Origin: an uncultured bacterium | Lineage (GTDB): Bacteria; Chloroflexota; UBA5177; JANWHV01 | DNA length: 64,000 nt | Direction: 5' to 3' | NCBI GenBank assembly: GCA_963827235.1 | Contig: CAWHAE010000009.1 | Coordinates: 288,001-352,000, forward strand | Shown: in pieces, positions 29,780-39,319 of the stretch | Layout: every line of letters starts with the position of its first letter | Position numbering within the stretch: the first letter of the stretch is position 1 | Translations under genes and position numbers: made by a program | Notes under the pieces: generated by a model | Seen by the model: only the letters and a program-made list of their open reading frames with translations | What the model was told of the DNA's origin: nothing | The model's database searches: none

Positions 29780-30334
29780 CTAAGGCAAAGGCGTCGGTGC
29801 AGTAATGGCTGTCGGCGTGATCACGAGCACCCGTGTAGGACCCGGCTCGGCGGGCGCAGGCAGCTGGGTCACCACGACCAGTAGCGCCAGCAACGCCGCG
29901 AAACTAGCCACCAAGAAGCCATGCGCCAGGTGTAGGAAGCATAGTTTCTCGCCCACGGTCTCGGTGTAGGTCCGTCGCAGCGCCAGCCAAGCATTAGCAT
30001 CGAGATCGTTCGTATTGGAGTCCTTGCGGACACGCGGCAGAAAAGTCAGCGTGGCGAAGAACTGGCTGGTCAGCCACAGCGCCACCGGCAGGAAGAACAT
30101 CAGCAGCCACATGTGGGTGACCTGCTTGCGCAGATCACTGAAGGCGAAGACGGCCAGGTAAAACCCCTGCAAGGTGCCCGTGAGGGTAATCAGTTGTTTG
30201 GCCGCATCCTCGACCCTGCCTAGCTCCTGCAGCGGGGCTTCCGTGGCGATCGCGCGCCACCGCTCTGCGGCCGCTTCAGCTCTGTTTTGCTCTCCTGCAT
30301 TTGGCTCCTGGCCGGAAAACTCAGGCGATGACAT
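29780..30334 (-). CDS. 3-TM membrane protein, PycTM/DUF5706-like layout
   Basis: EDAAKQL-TM1, TM2 ending LPR, EK..LHLAH-TM3; ATG lies 1 nt after the upstream stop. Confidence 0.7.
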   Translation of the reverse strand: MSSPEFSGQEPNAGEQNRAEAAAERWRAIATEAPLQELGRVEDAAKQLITLTGTLQGFYLAVFAFSDLRKQVTHMWLLMFFLPVALWLTSQFFATLTFLPRVRKDSNTNDLDANAWLALRRTYTETVGEKLCFLHLAHGFLVASFAALLALLVVVTQLPAPAEPGPTRVLVITPTAITAPTPLP

Positions 30335-30335
30335 A

Positions 30336-30581
30336 TCAGGCTTGATTTCCCTGCACCACCGGCAGGCCGTTGCTGTAACCCAACACGCCGTCGCCGAGTA
30401 CCGGGTTGCTGACATCCCAGGTATCAGGCAGGTCAACCATATTCAGCCGGTTGCAGGTGCCGCAGTAGAATGGCTTTCGCTTCGTGCTGACCACCGCGAC
30501 CACCTTCTCCGGCACGGATACCTCCGTCTCTGTCTCCGCCGAGCAATGATAGCAGCGGATCACGATCTTCATCTGGGCCAT
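30336..30581 (-). CDS. Small Zn-ribbon protein
   Basis: CYHC and CGTC pairs; GGGAGG RBS before ATG 30581. Confidence 0.7.
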   Translation of the reverse strand: MAQMKIVIRCYHCSAETETEVSVPEKVVAVVSTKRKPFYCGTCNRLNMVDLPDTWDVSNPVLGDGVLGYSNGLPVVQGNQA

Positions 30582-30881
30582 AGTGCGATCCTCCCACGCT
30601 GTCGCCTGCACAATCGAAATATGCTCGCCACCCTGGTGCTACCTCGTTCCCTCAGCCTACGCTCTCCCGCCCTTCGCCGCTACCCGCTCGCCGGCCACGG
30701 GCGTTCATGCGCGACACGAGAAACTGCTCTCCGTGGCCAAGGCCGTCCATGATTTCGGCTTGACTGATCGGCGCCCGACGTGTCGGCACCTAGCGGCGAC
30801 CGCGATCCGTGCGCCCGGGCCGACTGCCCTGGACTGGAGGACCGGAGGGGACACACTGCCAGACAGGCGGATCTCGCTACA

Positions 30882-30983
30882 CTACCCGAGGCTCCCGAGG
30901 ATCTTGCTCTTTGCCTCTTGAAACTCACTCTCGGTTACCACGCCATCCCGGACAAGGTTGGCAAGTTCTCTGAGCTGTGCCAT
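30882..30983 (-). pseudogene. Isolated SHOCT domain, likely a 3' remnant
   Basis: QLRELANLVRDGVVTESEFQEAKSKIL matches the SHOCT pattern. Confidence 0.5.
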
Positions 30984-31020
30984 GCGGCTCGGTGCCGCCA
31001 CCACCTGCCGTATGCGCTCG

Positions 31021-32820
31021 CTACCGGCGACCGGCGGCACGGATCCGGCCGCTCTGCATCGTTGGCTGGCCTTCACTCCCGGTGCCGCGCGGGTATGGGA
31101 TGTCGGCAGCGAGGATGCCGCGTTGGCGGAGGAGAGCAGCCAGCTGCGAATAGCTGATGCCGTGCTCGAGCGCAATCGTGGATGCATAGCTGGCACCCTG
31201 CGGCACACCTGGCCGGATACGGAACGTCCGACGCTCGCACTCTTCTGCACCGTCCAGTACGACCTCTGCAAGCAGGCCACCCACGCGGGAATCCCCCGGT
31301 GTCTGCGCATTGATCTCATCGACCCGAGCCGCGAGCTCGTGCAGGTGCGTCACGTAGATGGCCCGTGCCCCGAGCATCCGCAAACCGCGGACCACATCAC
31401 AGGCCAGGGCCAGGCCTTCGGTCGCGCTGGTCCCGGCGAGCACTTCGTTCAGCACGATCAGGCTGTTCGGACTCGCTTGGTGGAAGATCGCGGCGAGCCG
31501 TGCCGCCTCCTCGTCCAGCCGCCCCATGCCGGGCTGGGCTCGCTCTGGTGTCGGGAAATGGGTGTAGATGCCATCGACGGGACTCAGCCGTGCGGCACGC
31601 GCCGGAACATACAACCCGGCCTGAAACAGCACCTGGGCCACGGCCACACTGCGCGCATAGACCGTCTTGCCTCCCCGATTGGGACCGGTCAGAATCCAGA
31701 CTCGTCCCTGCGTGGCATCAAAGAGCACGGGATTGGTCACGAGCTCGTCCGTCACCGGGCGAGCGGCGGCACCATCAAGCATGCGGAGGGCGAGCGTGAG
31801 ATTGTAGCTCTCGTCGAGGGTACAGACTCGCTGGTCGATGGAGGCACACTCTGGTCGGCACAGGGGCAGCCCCACCGCGCGTAGCTGGCCAAACAGAGCG
31901 GCGCTGTGGAGCAGGAAGGCCAGCTCGGGTTCGATGGCGCAGAACGTCCGGGTCTGTACGCTCAGGTAGCGGTCGAGCGCCTTGCGCACCGGATCCGTCA
32001 CCTGCTCGAGCAAGGCCCGCAGGTCGCGCGCCAACGGCGTATCGCGTCCAACCGGGGCGGCCTGCACGCTCCGCAAGGGTGTGAGCGGCTGCGGCGTGGC
32101 CGCATTGCCGAGGAGACGCTCCAGCAGGGATACACGACCGGTCACCTTCTCCGCGCTGAGGGCAAGGATCGTCGCCGACTCTGGTTCCAGGTCGCCGCCC
32201 AGGTTGATGCCGACCGTGACGCTCCCCACACGAGCGAGAACAGCGTGGAGACCGGGTAGCTCGGCCTGCAATGCCACGAAGGCCTCCGAAGCGATCACTG
32301 CCTCCACATAGGCCCGGAGGGCCCGCAGCCCTGGCGCCTGAGCCGGTGAGTCCGTCACAGCGTGGTGCGCGAGCAGCACCGCTTCGCAGTAGAGGGTCAG
32401 CTCCTTGAGGCGCTGGATGACCTGGTGGACCACCCATTCGCCAGGCTGTGGGCCGGCCGCCTGCAGCAGCGCTGTCAGGCTGGGCAGGAGCTGCTCGAGT
32501 CGGGCGCGCAGCCGCTCATTCTCGAGCAGGTCCGTCAACGTCGCGGCGCGATAGGCGATAACCGCCGGATCCGGGCACAGCGCTTCAAGCACGTCTCGCA
32601 CAAAGCCGACTCGCTGCGATTCCCCTCCGCTCAGGGCCTGCACCAGGCGATCCACGTCAAGATCGGTGACGGTCTCAGCGCTGATGCCGCGTCGTGTCTG
32701 CCGCACATGGCGGCTCCCTGGTGGCCACAGCAAGCTCAGGGGTTCAGCTCCGAGCAGGGTAGACTGCGCCTCCATTCTGCCTACTGGCCTTGATCCGTTG
32801 CCTCCTATCCCTGTTCCCAT
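31021..32820 (-). CDS. MutS-related ATPase (domain V only, no mismatch-binding domain); start uncertain
   Basis: ILTGPNRGGKT, LFQAGLYVPA, GRLDEEA, VLNE, YVTHLHEL, SYA. Confidence 0.85.
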   Translation of the reverse strand: MGTGIGGNGSRPVGRMEAQSTLLGAEPLSLLWPPGSRHVRQTRRGISAETVTDLDVDRLVQALSGGESQRVGFVRDVLEALCPDPAVIAYRAATLTDLLENERLRARLEQLLPSLTALLQAAGPQPGEWVVHQVIQRLKELTLYCEAVLLAHHAVTDSPAQAPGLRALRAYVEAVIASEAFVALQAELPGLHAVLARVGSVTVGINLGGDLEPESATILALSAEKVTGRVSLLERLLGNAATPQPLTPLRSVQAAPVGRDTPLARDLRALLEQVTDPVRKALDRYLSVQTRTFCAIEPELAFLLHSAALFGQLRAVGLPLCRPECASIDQRVCTLDESYNLTLALRMLDGAAARPVTDELVTNPVLFDATQGRVWILTGPNRGGKTVYARSVAVAQVLFQAGLYVPARAARLSPVDGIYTHFPTPERAQPGMGRLDEEAARLAAIFHQASPNSLIVLNEVLAGTSATEGLALACDVVRGLRMLGARAIYVTHLHELAARVDEINAQTPGDSRVGGLLAEVVLDGAEECERRTFRIRPGVPQGASYASTIALEHGISYSQLAALLRQRGILAADIPYPRGTGSEGQPTMQSGRIRAAGRR

Positions 32821-33252
32821 CGGCTTCACCGTCTCTGGCTCGATCCTTGCTCGCGGGACCACCGTGGTCACCCGGTTGCTCCCGTTATAGCGCACAGAAG
32901 CGCAAGGGAACAGTTCGACCGCGCAATCGCCGCATCGCGCGGACCGGCGGTCCGTGGCTATCGCCGGAGATAGCCCGACGCGAGTGCTCCAGGGCGCCTT
33001 TCGACGTTCATACATGTGGTAGCCTTGCCCTCGGGCTCGTTGTCCAGCAGGGCCGCAGCGCCGATGCTGCCCACCGCACGCGGGACATTACCACCACGTG
33101 CCCGTCAAGCCGGGAGCGAGTGACAGCTCGTGCTGCATCCCTGTGGCCGTGCAAACCGTCAGACGGCCTATCCTGTATGGAGCGGGCACGTCGTCTATCT
33201 ACCCGGGAGTGCCCGCGGCCAACAGTGCGAATCCCATGGAGGGTATGCACGC

Positions 33253-34389
33253 ATGAAGATCACGAACGTCGAGACCTACCCCGTCTTCACCACGCGCAAT
33301 TGGCTGTTCGTCACCGTGGACACCGACGAGGGCATCTGGGGCGTGGGCGAATCCAACCTCACCTCGCGTGAGGAGGCGGTTATGGGCTTCCTCAACCACC
33401 TGCGCCCCCTCCTCCTCGGACAAGATCCCACGCGCATCGAACATCTGTGGCAGCTGATGTTTCGCAGCGGCTTCTTCCCCGCTGACCGCGTCGGCGCCTC
33501 CGCCATCGCGGCCATTGACACAGCCTTGTGGGATATCGCCGGCAAGGTCCACGGCGTTCCGGTCTATCAACTGCTCGGCGGTCTGGTGCGTGAGAAGGTA
33601 GTCTGCTATCCGCACAATGCCGGCGAAGACGGGAGCATCGCGCCGCTGGTCGAAGATTGCCGGCAGACGCTGGCCCAAGGGTATCGGTTCGTGCGCTGGG
33701 GACTGCCCACGGCGGACAGCATCCTGGAGCCGCGGCAGGCCGTGCGTACGGCCTTGCGGCAGTGCGAAGCCGTGCGCACCGCGCTGGGCGACGAGGTGGA
33801 GATCTGCCTGGACGTGCACACGCGGCTCGACCCCGCCGACGCAACCACGCTCTGCCGCGAGATCGAAGGCTACCGGCCGTACTTCGTCGAGGATCCACTT
33901 CGCGCGGAGGACACCAACGCCTACCGGGCACTGCGGGCACGGACGGGCGTGCCCCTGGCCGCCGGTGAACAGTTCGCCGGCAAGTGGGAGTACCGCCAGT
34001 TGATCGAGGAGGACCTTATAGACTACGCGCGCCTGGACCCCACCCTGGGCGGGGGTATCACGGAGTGCAAGAAAATCGCCGGCTGGTGCGAGACCCACTA
34101 CCTGAATATCGCCCCGCATAACCCCAACGGGCCGGTGAGCACCGCTGCCTGCTTGCACCTGTGCCTGGCCGCGCCGAATGTCGGGGTACTGGAACTGCCA
34201 CGGCCACCCGGGTCCGTACTGCCGAACGTTTTTCCCGTGGTGCCGCGCTTCGAGCAGGGGTATCTGCTGCCTCCCACGCAGCCGGGCATCGGTGTCGAGT
34301 TTGACCGGGCCGCGGCACGTCAGTACGCCTATCAGCGGAGCGAGCTGCCGCACCTCCACCGCCGGGACGGCTCGCTCACCAACTGGTGA
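33253..34389 (+). CDS. Mandelate racemase/galactonate dehydratase-like enolase superfamily enzyme
   Basis: NWLFV, AIDTALWDIAGK, LDVH, FVEDP, AAGEQ, APHNP. Confidence 0.9.
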   Translation: MKITNVETYPVFTTRNWLFVTVDTDEGIWGVGESNLTSREEAVMGFLNHLRPLLLGQDPTRIEHLWQLMFRSGFFPADRVGASAIAAIDTALWDIAGKVHGVPVYQLLGGLVREKVVCYPHNAGEDGSIAPLVEDCRQTLAQGYRFVRWGLPTADSILEPRQAVRTALRQCEAVRTALGDEVEICLDVHTRLDPADATTLCREIEGYRPYFVEDPLRAEDTNAYRALRARTGVPLAAGEQFAGKWEYRQLIEEDLIDYARLDPTLGGGITECKKIAGWCETHYLNIAPHNPNGPVSTAACLHLCLAAPNVGVLELPRPPGSVLPNVFPVVPRFEQGYLLPPTQPGIGVEFDRAAARQYAYQRSELPHLHRRDGSLTNW

Positions 34390-34591
34390 ACGCCTTGCTC
34401 GACGCGCCTGCGCGCTGCGTTCCAGTTGGCGTCACTCGGGAAGAGATAGAATCCGGTCGCACCAGGTACTCCGCCGGCGCTCGAGCCTTGTGGTCCGGCC
34501 GGAACGGCGGCTTTCCGCCCTGCACGCCGCCTGGCCGCCGCTCACACGGAGTGCGACGGCGGCCAATTTCCTGCGGCGCAGATGCTCCTCG

Positions 34592-36187
34592 CTACCCAGC
34601 GTAGCCCGTCACGCTACCGACCCACTTGATGAAGCTCGGCGCATCCTCGTTCACGGCATGGCCACCGTCCCAGTACATCCACGCGTTCACGTCGTCGCCC
34701 AGGTTCTGGACGCTTGCCACGAGGTTGCCCAGCACGGTGAGCGAGGTGTCGGTGTCGAGGGATCCGGTCCGCAAGAACCAGTGTCGCACTCGCGCGGCGT
34801 TCGGGTTCTGCTTGCCGACGAAGTACATGGGGTTCATCATGTGAATCTTCGCCGGCAGATCGCTGGCGATCTGTACGTTGTTGTTCCCCGTGGCATAGCG
34901 CAGACTGAAGGTCGTGAAGTGCCGGGCATTGGTGGTCGCGTCGCCGAACTCGCTGTTCTCTGCCGCATCCAGTTTGAAGCTGTCGAACGCCGGCAGACTC
35001 TTCAACCTGCCGTCGTAGGCCAGGAACTTGGCGAACGCGAACGTCGCCTTGCCATTGGTCCAGCTTATCCAGGGGCGCTGGGCGAGATAGCTTGCTCGCG
35101 CGCTCTGTGAGAGCGCGCTGAGATACTTGGTGGCTGCCGGCTCGAGATAGGTCCTCAGCAGGTAGTCCGTGTAGCTGCTTGCCGTGATGGTGCCGAAGCC
35201 GTTCAGACCCTGCAGGTTGAGAGCGGCCTGGTACGCGGCGAACGCCGCCGCCAGCTCCTTGGAGAGCGTCTGGTTGACCTTCGTGCCTCCGGAGCGCAGC
35301 GCCGTGCTTCCCAGCATCCACTCGTAGGCCATGTCGGCGTGCTCGAGGTCGGTAATCGGGCTGTACGCGGCGCTGGCAAAGATCCGGTCGCTCGAGTTGG
35401 CCGCGCCAAGCTGCGCCAGATACGCGTCGTAGAGCGGGCTGTCTCCCGAAGCCCCAAGCAGCGCGGAGAGAGCGCCACCCGCGCTGGCGCCGGTGGAGAT
35501 GATCCAGTTCGTGTTCCCGGGCACCACCCCGTGGTTGGCACGCAGGTACCGCACGGCGGCCTTCAGGTCCACGATGGCCGCCGGCGCCTTGCCGTAGTAC
35601 TTGCCGCTCGACGTCACGTTGTCCCGCCCGCGCGCACCGGGCGTGACCACGACATAGCCCGCCCCCAGGGCCAGGTCGGAATTGCTGCCGTTGTCGCCTG
35701 CTCCCGACGGAGCGCCCGCCTGGCCGCCCGGCATGCCGCCCGGCATGCCGCCCGTGGCGCCGCTCGGTGGTGTGCCGCCACCTGGCGCGCCTTGACCCGG
35801 CATACCGCTGCGAGACACGGACGCCGACATGTACCCGCCCACCGTGATGTCGAAAAGGATGGGTGCATTCCTGGCATCGATCGCGGCGCCGTTGATCTTG
35901 ACCGGGACGCTGACATCCATGCTTTGATACGTCACATCCACCGGATGTGCGACGTAGGGGATGGCGTGGTAGTAGCGATACGTGACCGTCTTGGTGCCCG
36001 ACGACGTCGACACGGTCTTCGTCTTGGTCGTATAGCTGTTCTTCGGGAACACCAGGGAATAGGCCTGGCCTGACGTTGAGCTTGCCCACGCCGCACCGCT
36101 TGAGCGCGATGAGTAGTACGCGCCCGCAGCGGAAGCGAGCACTGCCGTGCCCATTGCCTGTTTGAGGAACCCTTGTCGTGAGATCAC
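34592..36187 (-). CDS. Secreted subtype-B tannase-like alpha/beta hydrolase
   Basis: GKAPAAIVDLKAAVRYLR, GASAGG, PITDLEHADMAYEW, MMNPMYF; Tat-like SRQGFLK signal. Confidence 0.82.
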   Translation of the reverse strand: MISRQGFLKQAMGTAVLASAAGAYYSSRSSGAAWASSTSGQAYSLVFPKNSYTTKTKTVSTSSGTKTVTYRYYHAIPYVAHPVDVTYQSMDVSVPVKINGAAIDARNAPILFDITVGGYMSASVSRSGMPGQGAPGGGTPPSGATGGMPGGMPGGQAGAPSGAGDNGSNSDLALGAGYVVVTPGARGRDNVTSSGKYYGKAPAAIVDLKAAVRYLRANHGVVPGNTNWIISTGASAGGALSALLGASGDSPLYDAYLAQLGAANSSDRIFASAAYSPITDLEHADMAYEWMLGSTALRSGGTKVNQTLSKELAAAFAAYQAALNLQGLNGFGTITASSYTDYLLRTYLEPAATKYLSALSQSARASYLAQRPWISWTNGKATFAFAKFLAYDGRLKSLPAFDSFKLDAAENSEFGDATTNARHFTTFSLRYATGNNNVQIASDLPAKIHMMNPMYFVGKQNPNAARVRHWFLRTGSLDTDTSLTVLGNLVASVQNLGDDVNAWMYWDGGHAVNEDAPSFIKWVGSVTGYAG

Positions 36188-36732
36188 TTTCCACTCTCCT
36201 TCGTGTGTGTTGCGCCCAGGGGCCGAGTCCGCCGGCCGGCTTCAACTGGGCAGATCGAGGTCATGCGGCATGGCGCACGTTCGGGTAGATCCGTCTCGTC
36301 GAGGCGTGCTCCTCGTTTCTGCCCCTCTCGTGTCCACCATGGCTCCACTTCCGCGCCGTGGATGCCGGGGCCTTCGGTAGTCGTATCAGACCCGTCTCAT
36401 GGGCCTGATCGCCTATCCCTGCACTCGCCCTGCTCGTTCGGCGCCGTATTCAGACAACCTTAGCGTAGAGCCCGGAGCTAAGAAATCTCTATGCATACGC
36501 TCAGCGGCTAGACAGAGGAACTTCAGAATTCGCTGAGAAGCGCCGCCCTCGCACTCGCTTGCGACGAGAGACGCCTACCGTTACCGCCTTCGTCTCGCGT
36601 CGTAGTTGCCATCGCCGGCATGAATAGAGATACTTTGGGCAACAACGGATCAGGCGCCGCGGCCGGGAGACAGCCGAGTCTGCGATGCTGCCGGAGGCCG
36701 AACGCGATCGTGCGCACCTGGAATCGGTCGCG

Positions 36733-36789
36733 GCCGAGCGTATCATTGACGAGGCCCGTAACCTCGATGGCGGAGCTGTCCTGAGCTGA
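36733..36789 (+). pseudogene. Decayed 3' end of an SDR gene
   Basis: AERIIDEARNLDGGAVLS-stop parallels AEYIVGQTLNVDGGLVLS-stop of the next gene; both share GTCCTGAGCTGAAT. Confidence 0.5.
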
Positions 36790-36847
36790 ATCGGAAACAA
36801 GACGACAGGCCCGCGCGGTTCCGCCGGCTCTCAATGGGAAGGAGACG

Positions 36848-37624
36848 ATGGTGTCCAATCCAGGGGGAAGAACGGTACTCGTCACCGGCGGCGCGACCGG
36901 TATCGGTCGCGCAATCGTAGAAGCGTTTGCCGAGCAAGGAGACCGCACCATTGTGGCCGATATCGACGCGGAACGCGCCGCGGAGGTCGCCGCCCAAGTT
37001 GGGCATGGCTCGTTTGCCATCCGGTTGGATGTCGGTGCGATCGACACGGTCGAGGGTATCATCCACGAGGCCGCGGAGCGCGCCGGCCGGATCGATGTCC
37101 TGGCCAACAACGCAGGGGTTTTTGACATGGCCCCGCTGCTTGAAATCATGCCGTCGAGCTTTGAGCGTCTATTTCGGGTCAACGTGTATGGCATGTTCTT
37201 CGTGCTGCAGGCAGTTGCCCGGCTGATGGTGCGAGATGGTCGCGGCGGTCGCATCATCAACACGGCGTCGCAGGCCGGCCGCTGTGGCCAAGCAGCATCG
37301 GCCGTCTATGCCGCGAGCAAAGCCGCGGTGATCAGCTTGACGCAGGCTGCGGCCCTTGCCTTGATCAAGGATCACGTTCGGGTGAACGCGATCGCGCCCG
37401 GCGTGACCGACACGGAGATGTACGACCGCATCGACGCGCTCTATGCTCTCCAGTACGGCCTCCCGTCTGGAGAGAAGAAGCGTGAGGTTGGGCTCGGGGT
37501 TCCGTATGGACGGATGGCCTCTCCGCGCGAAATCGCCGCTGCGGTGGTGTTTCTCGCGTCCGACGCCGCCGAGTACATCGTCGGCCAGACCCTGAACGTC
37601 GACGGCGGGCTCGTCCTGAGCTGA
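36848..37624 (+). CDS. SDR oxidoreductase (sorbitol/L-iditol dehydrogenase-like)
   Basis: TGGATGIG, NNAG, YAASK, VNAIAPG, NVDGG. Confidence 0.92.
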   Translation: MVSNPGGRTVLVTGGATGIGRAIVEAFAEQGDRTIVADIDAERAAEVAAQVGHGSFAIRLDVGAIDTVEGIIHEAAERAGRIDVLANNAGVFDMAPLLEIMPSSFERLFRVNVYGMFFVLQAVARLMVRDGRGGRIINTASQAGRCGQAASAVYAASKAAVISLTQAAALALIKDHVRVNAIAPGVTDTEMYDRIDALYALQYGLPSGEKKREVGLGVPYGRMASPREIAAAVVFLASDAAEYIVGQTLNVDGGLVLS

Positions 37625-38324
37625 ATGAGAAGCACGGCACCACTCCTCCACCGTTGTGCCCGGTCCCCACTCTCGCAGGTGCCTCTCGAGGTGCGCCGGG
37701 GCCGCGAATAACGCGAGTGCCGATCCCCGCAGCTCTCCGGGATCTCCAGCCAGATCCCGCTGGGTAAAGCCCACCCGGCATAGATAGACGAGCTGTGCGC
37801 CGGCATGCTCGGTGCCGCGCGGAAGATATGCTGCCGCTTCCGGAGAGACATCGCCGCTACACAAGCACCCGACCCGGACACAAGGCGTCGAGAGGCGTTG
37901 ACCGGTCTCTCCGTCACGGGCCGGCGACGGCGGGCACGTAGTCTCGAATTAGGCTCGGCAGCGCGTGGCCAGGCCTGGGAGGTTCACAACGTCGGAGACG
38001 TGTTGCTTCTCTCGGGGGCGATGAGGCGCGCGGCGTGAGCGGCAACGGTTGATGGCTGATGGTTGAGAGCGAGGCATGATGAACGCACGTGAACACGCAC
38101 GCCACCTGGGGGACACACTGCGCCGGGCACATACACGGTGCAGCATTCGGACGCGGGGAACGGACCGTCCGTTACACGCCGCCGTTCATCCCACCGGTCG
38201 TGATGCGGGGGCATCGCGTCGGCCAGCAGCCGCACCGCGGACGCACACCCGCGCTCCGCGGCGCTCAGTGCCCGGCGCCGGCTCGGACGCGCGCCACGCG
38301 CGGAGTGCCACGGGAGGGCCGCTC

Positions 38325-39155
38325 GTGCTGACGCCCCTCCCGAACCTACCGGTTACGTTGCGCGCCAGGATGAAGCAATCTTCTGCGCACCACCTCGTCA
38401 TCGTCGGCGATAGCCTCGGCGCCGGGCACGGCGACCCTGTGCAAGGCCTTGAGCTGGTGGGCTGGGCGGATCGTCTCGCCGTCGCACTGCAGGCGCGTAC
38501 GCCTCCTCTGCGCGTCTGCAATCTCGCCAGAATCGGCCGTACCACGGAGGAGATTGCGCGCGAACAATGCGCCCAGGTGCCTCGGCTGCGGCCGGCGGTT
38601 ATCGTGGTGTGCGCTGGGGGTAACGATATGTTGCAGCGCCGTTGGCAGCCGCGGGTGTTTCGCCAGGTCTACATGGCGCTCCTCCAGCGGCTGATGGCCT
38701 CGGGCGCACGTGTCATTACCACCACCTGGCACGATGTGCCGCGGGTGGTCCCGATGCAACCGGCCTTGGCACGCCACTTCTCAGAACGGCTCGCGGCGGG
38801 CAGTGGCGTGGTACGCGGTATCAGCCGAGAGCTGGGCATGCCCTGCATCGACTTCTGGTACCGGCCGGCACTGCTCGACGCCGGATGCTATAGCCGAGAT
38901 CGCCTGCATCCCAATGCACTGGGGTACCTTCGCCTCGCGGGAGCCATCGCAGCTGCATTGTCGCCGTTCGCCGGGCTGCGTATTCCGCAAGGGGCGCTCT
39001 ATACGCGTCGCGAACGGTGCCAACCTGGTGTCCTGGGCGCGTGGCGGCCTCACAGCGGGTCGCTCGAGTCTCATCTTGGCCGGCCGCTCTCGATGGATGC
39101 GGCCTCCGGTTCATCGGCCGGGATCTCGATCGGGTCGACGGCGTCTTGGCCGTAG
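38325..39155 (+). CDS. SGNH/GDSL hydrolase
   Basis: GDSL, GWAD, NLA, GGND, DRLHPN; GGGAGGG before GTG 38325. Confidence 0.85.
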   Translation: MLTPLPNLPVTLRARMKQSSAHHLVIVGDSLGAGHGDPVQGLELVGWADRLAVALQARTPPLRVCNLARIGRTTEEIAREQCAQVPRLRPAVIVVCAGGNDMLQRRWQPRVFRQVYMALLQRLMASGARVITTTWHDVPRVVPMQPALARHFSERLAAGSGVVRGISRELGMPCIDFWYRPALLDAGCYSRDRLHPNALGYLRLAGAIAAALSPFAGLRIPQGALYTRRERCQPGVLGAWRPHSGSLESHLGRPLSMDAASGSSAGISIGSTASWP

Positions 39156-39286
39156 GCGCCCAGGCTGCCGATATGCTCGATGTCGTCGTGCGTCAGGATG
39201 ATGTGATTGAGCCGGTCGTACGGGGCTCCGGCGTGCTCGCAAGCATCCCGAATACGCACGGCCAAGCCCGGGATGCCCGTGTCCAC
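39071..39286 (-). pseudogene. MBL-fold metallo-hydrolase fragment
   Basis: VDTGIPG and IILTHDDIEHIGSL; both ends missing. Confidence 0.55.
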
Positions 39287-39319
39287 GGCCCGAACCCCGC
39301 GGATGTGACCATACGCAGC

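Noticed and set aside
29466-29783. ORF overlapping the CHAT gene stop codon
   Set aside because: Arg-rich, low-complexity and motif-free; the overlap may be chance
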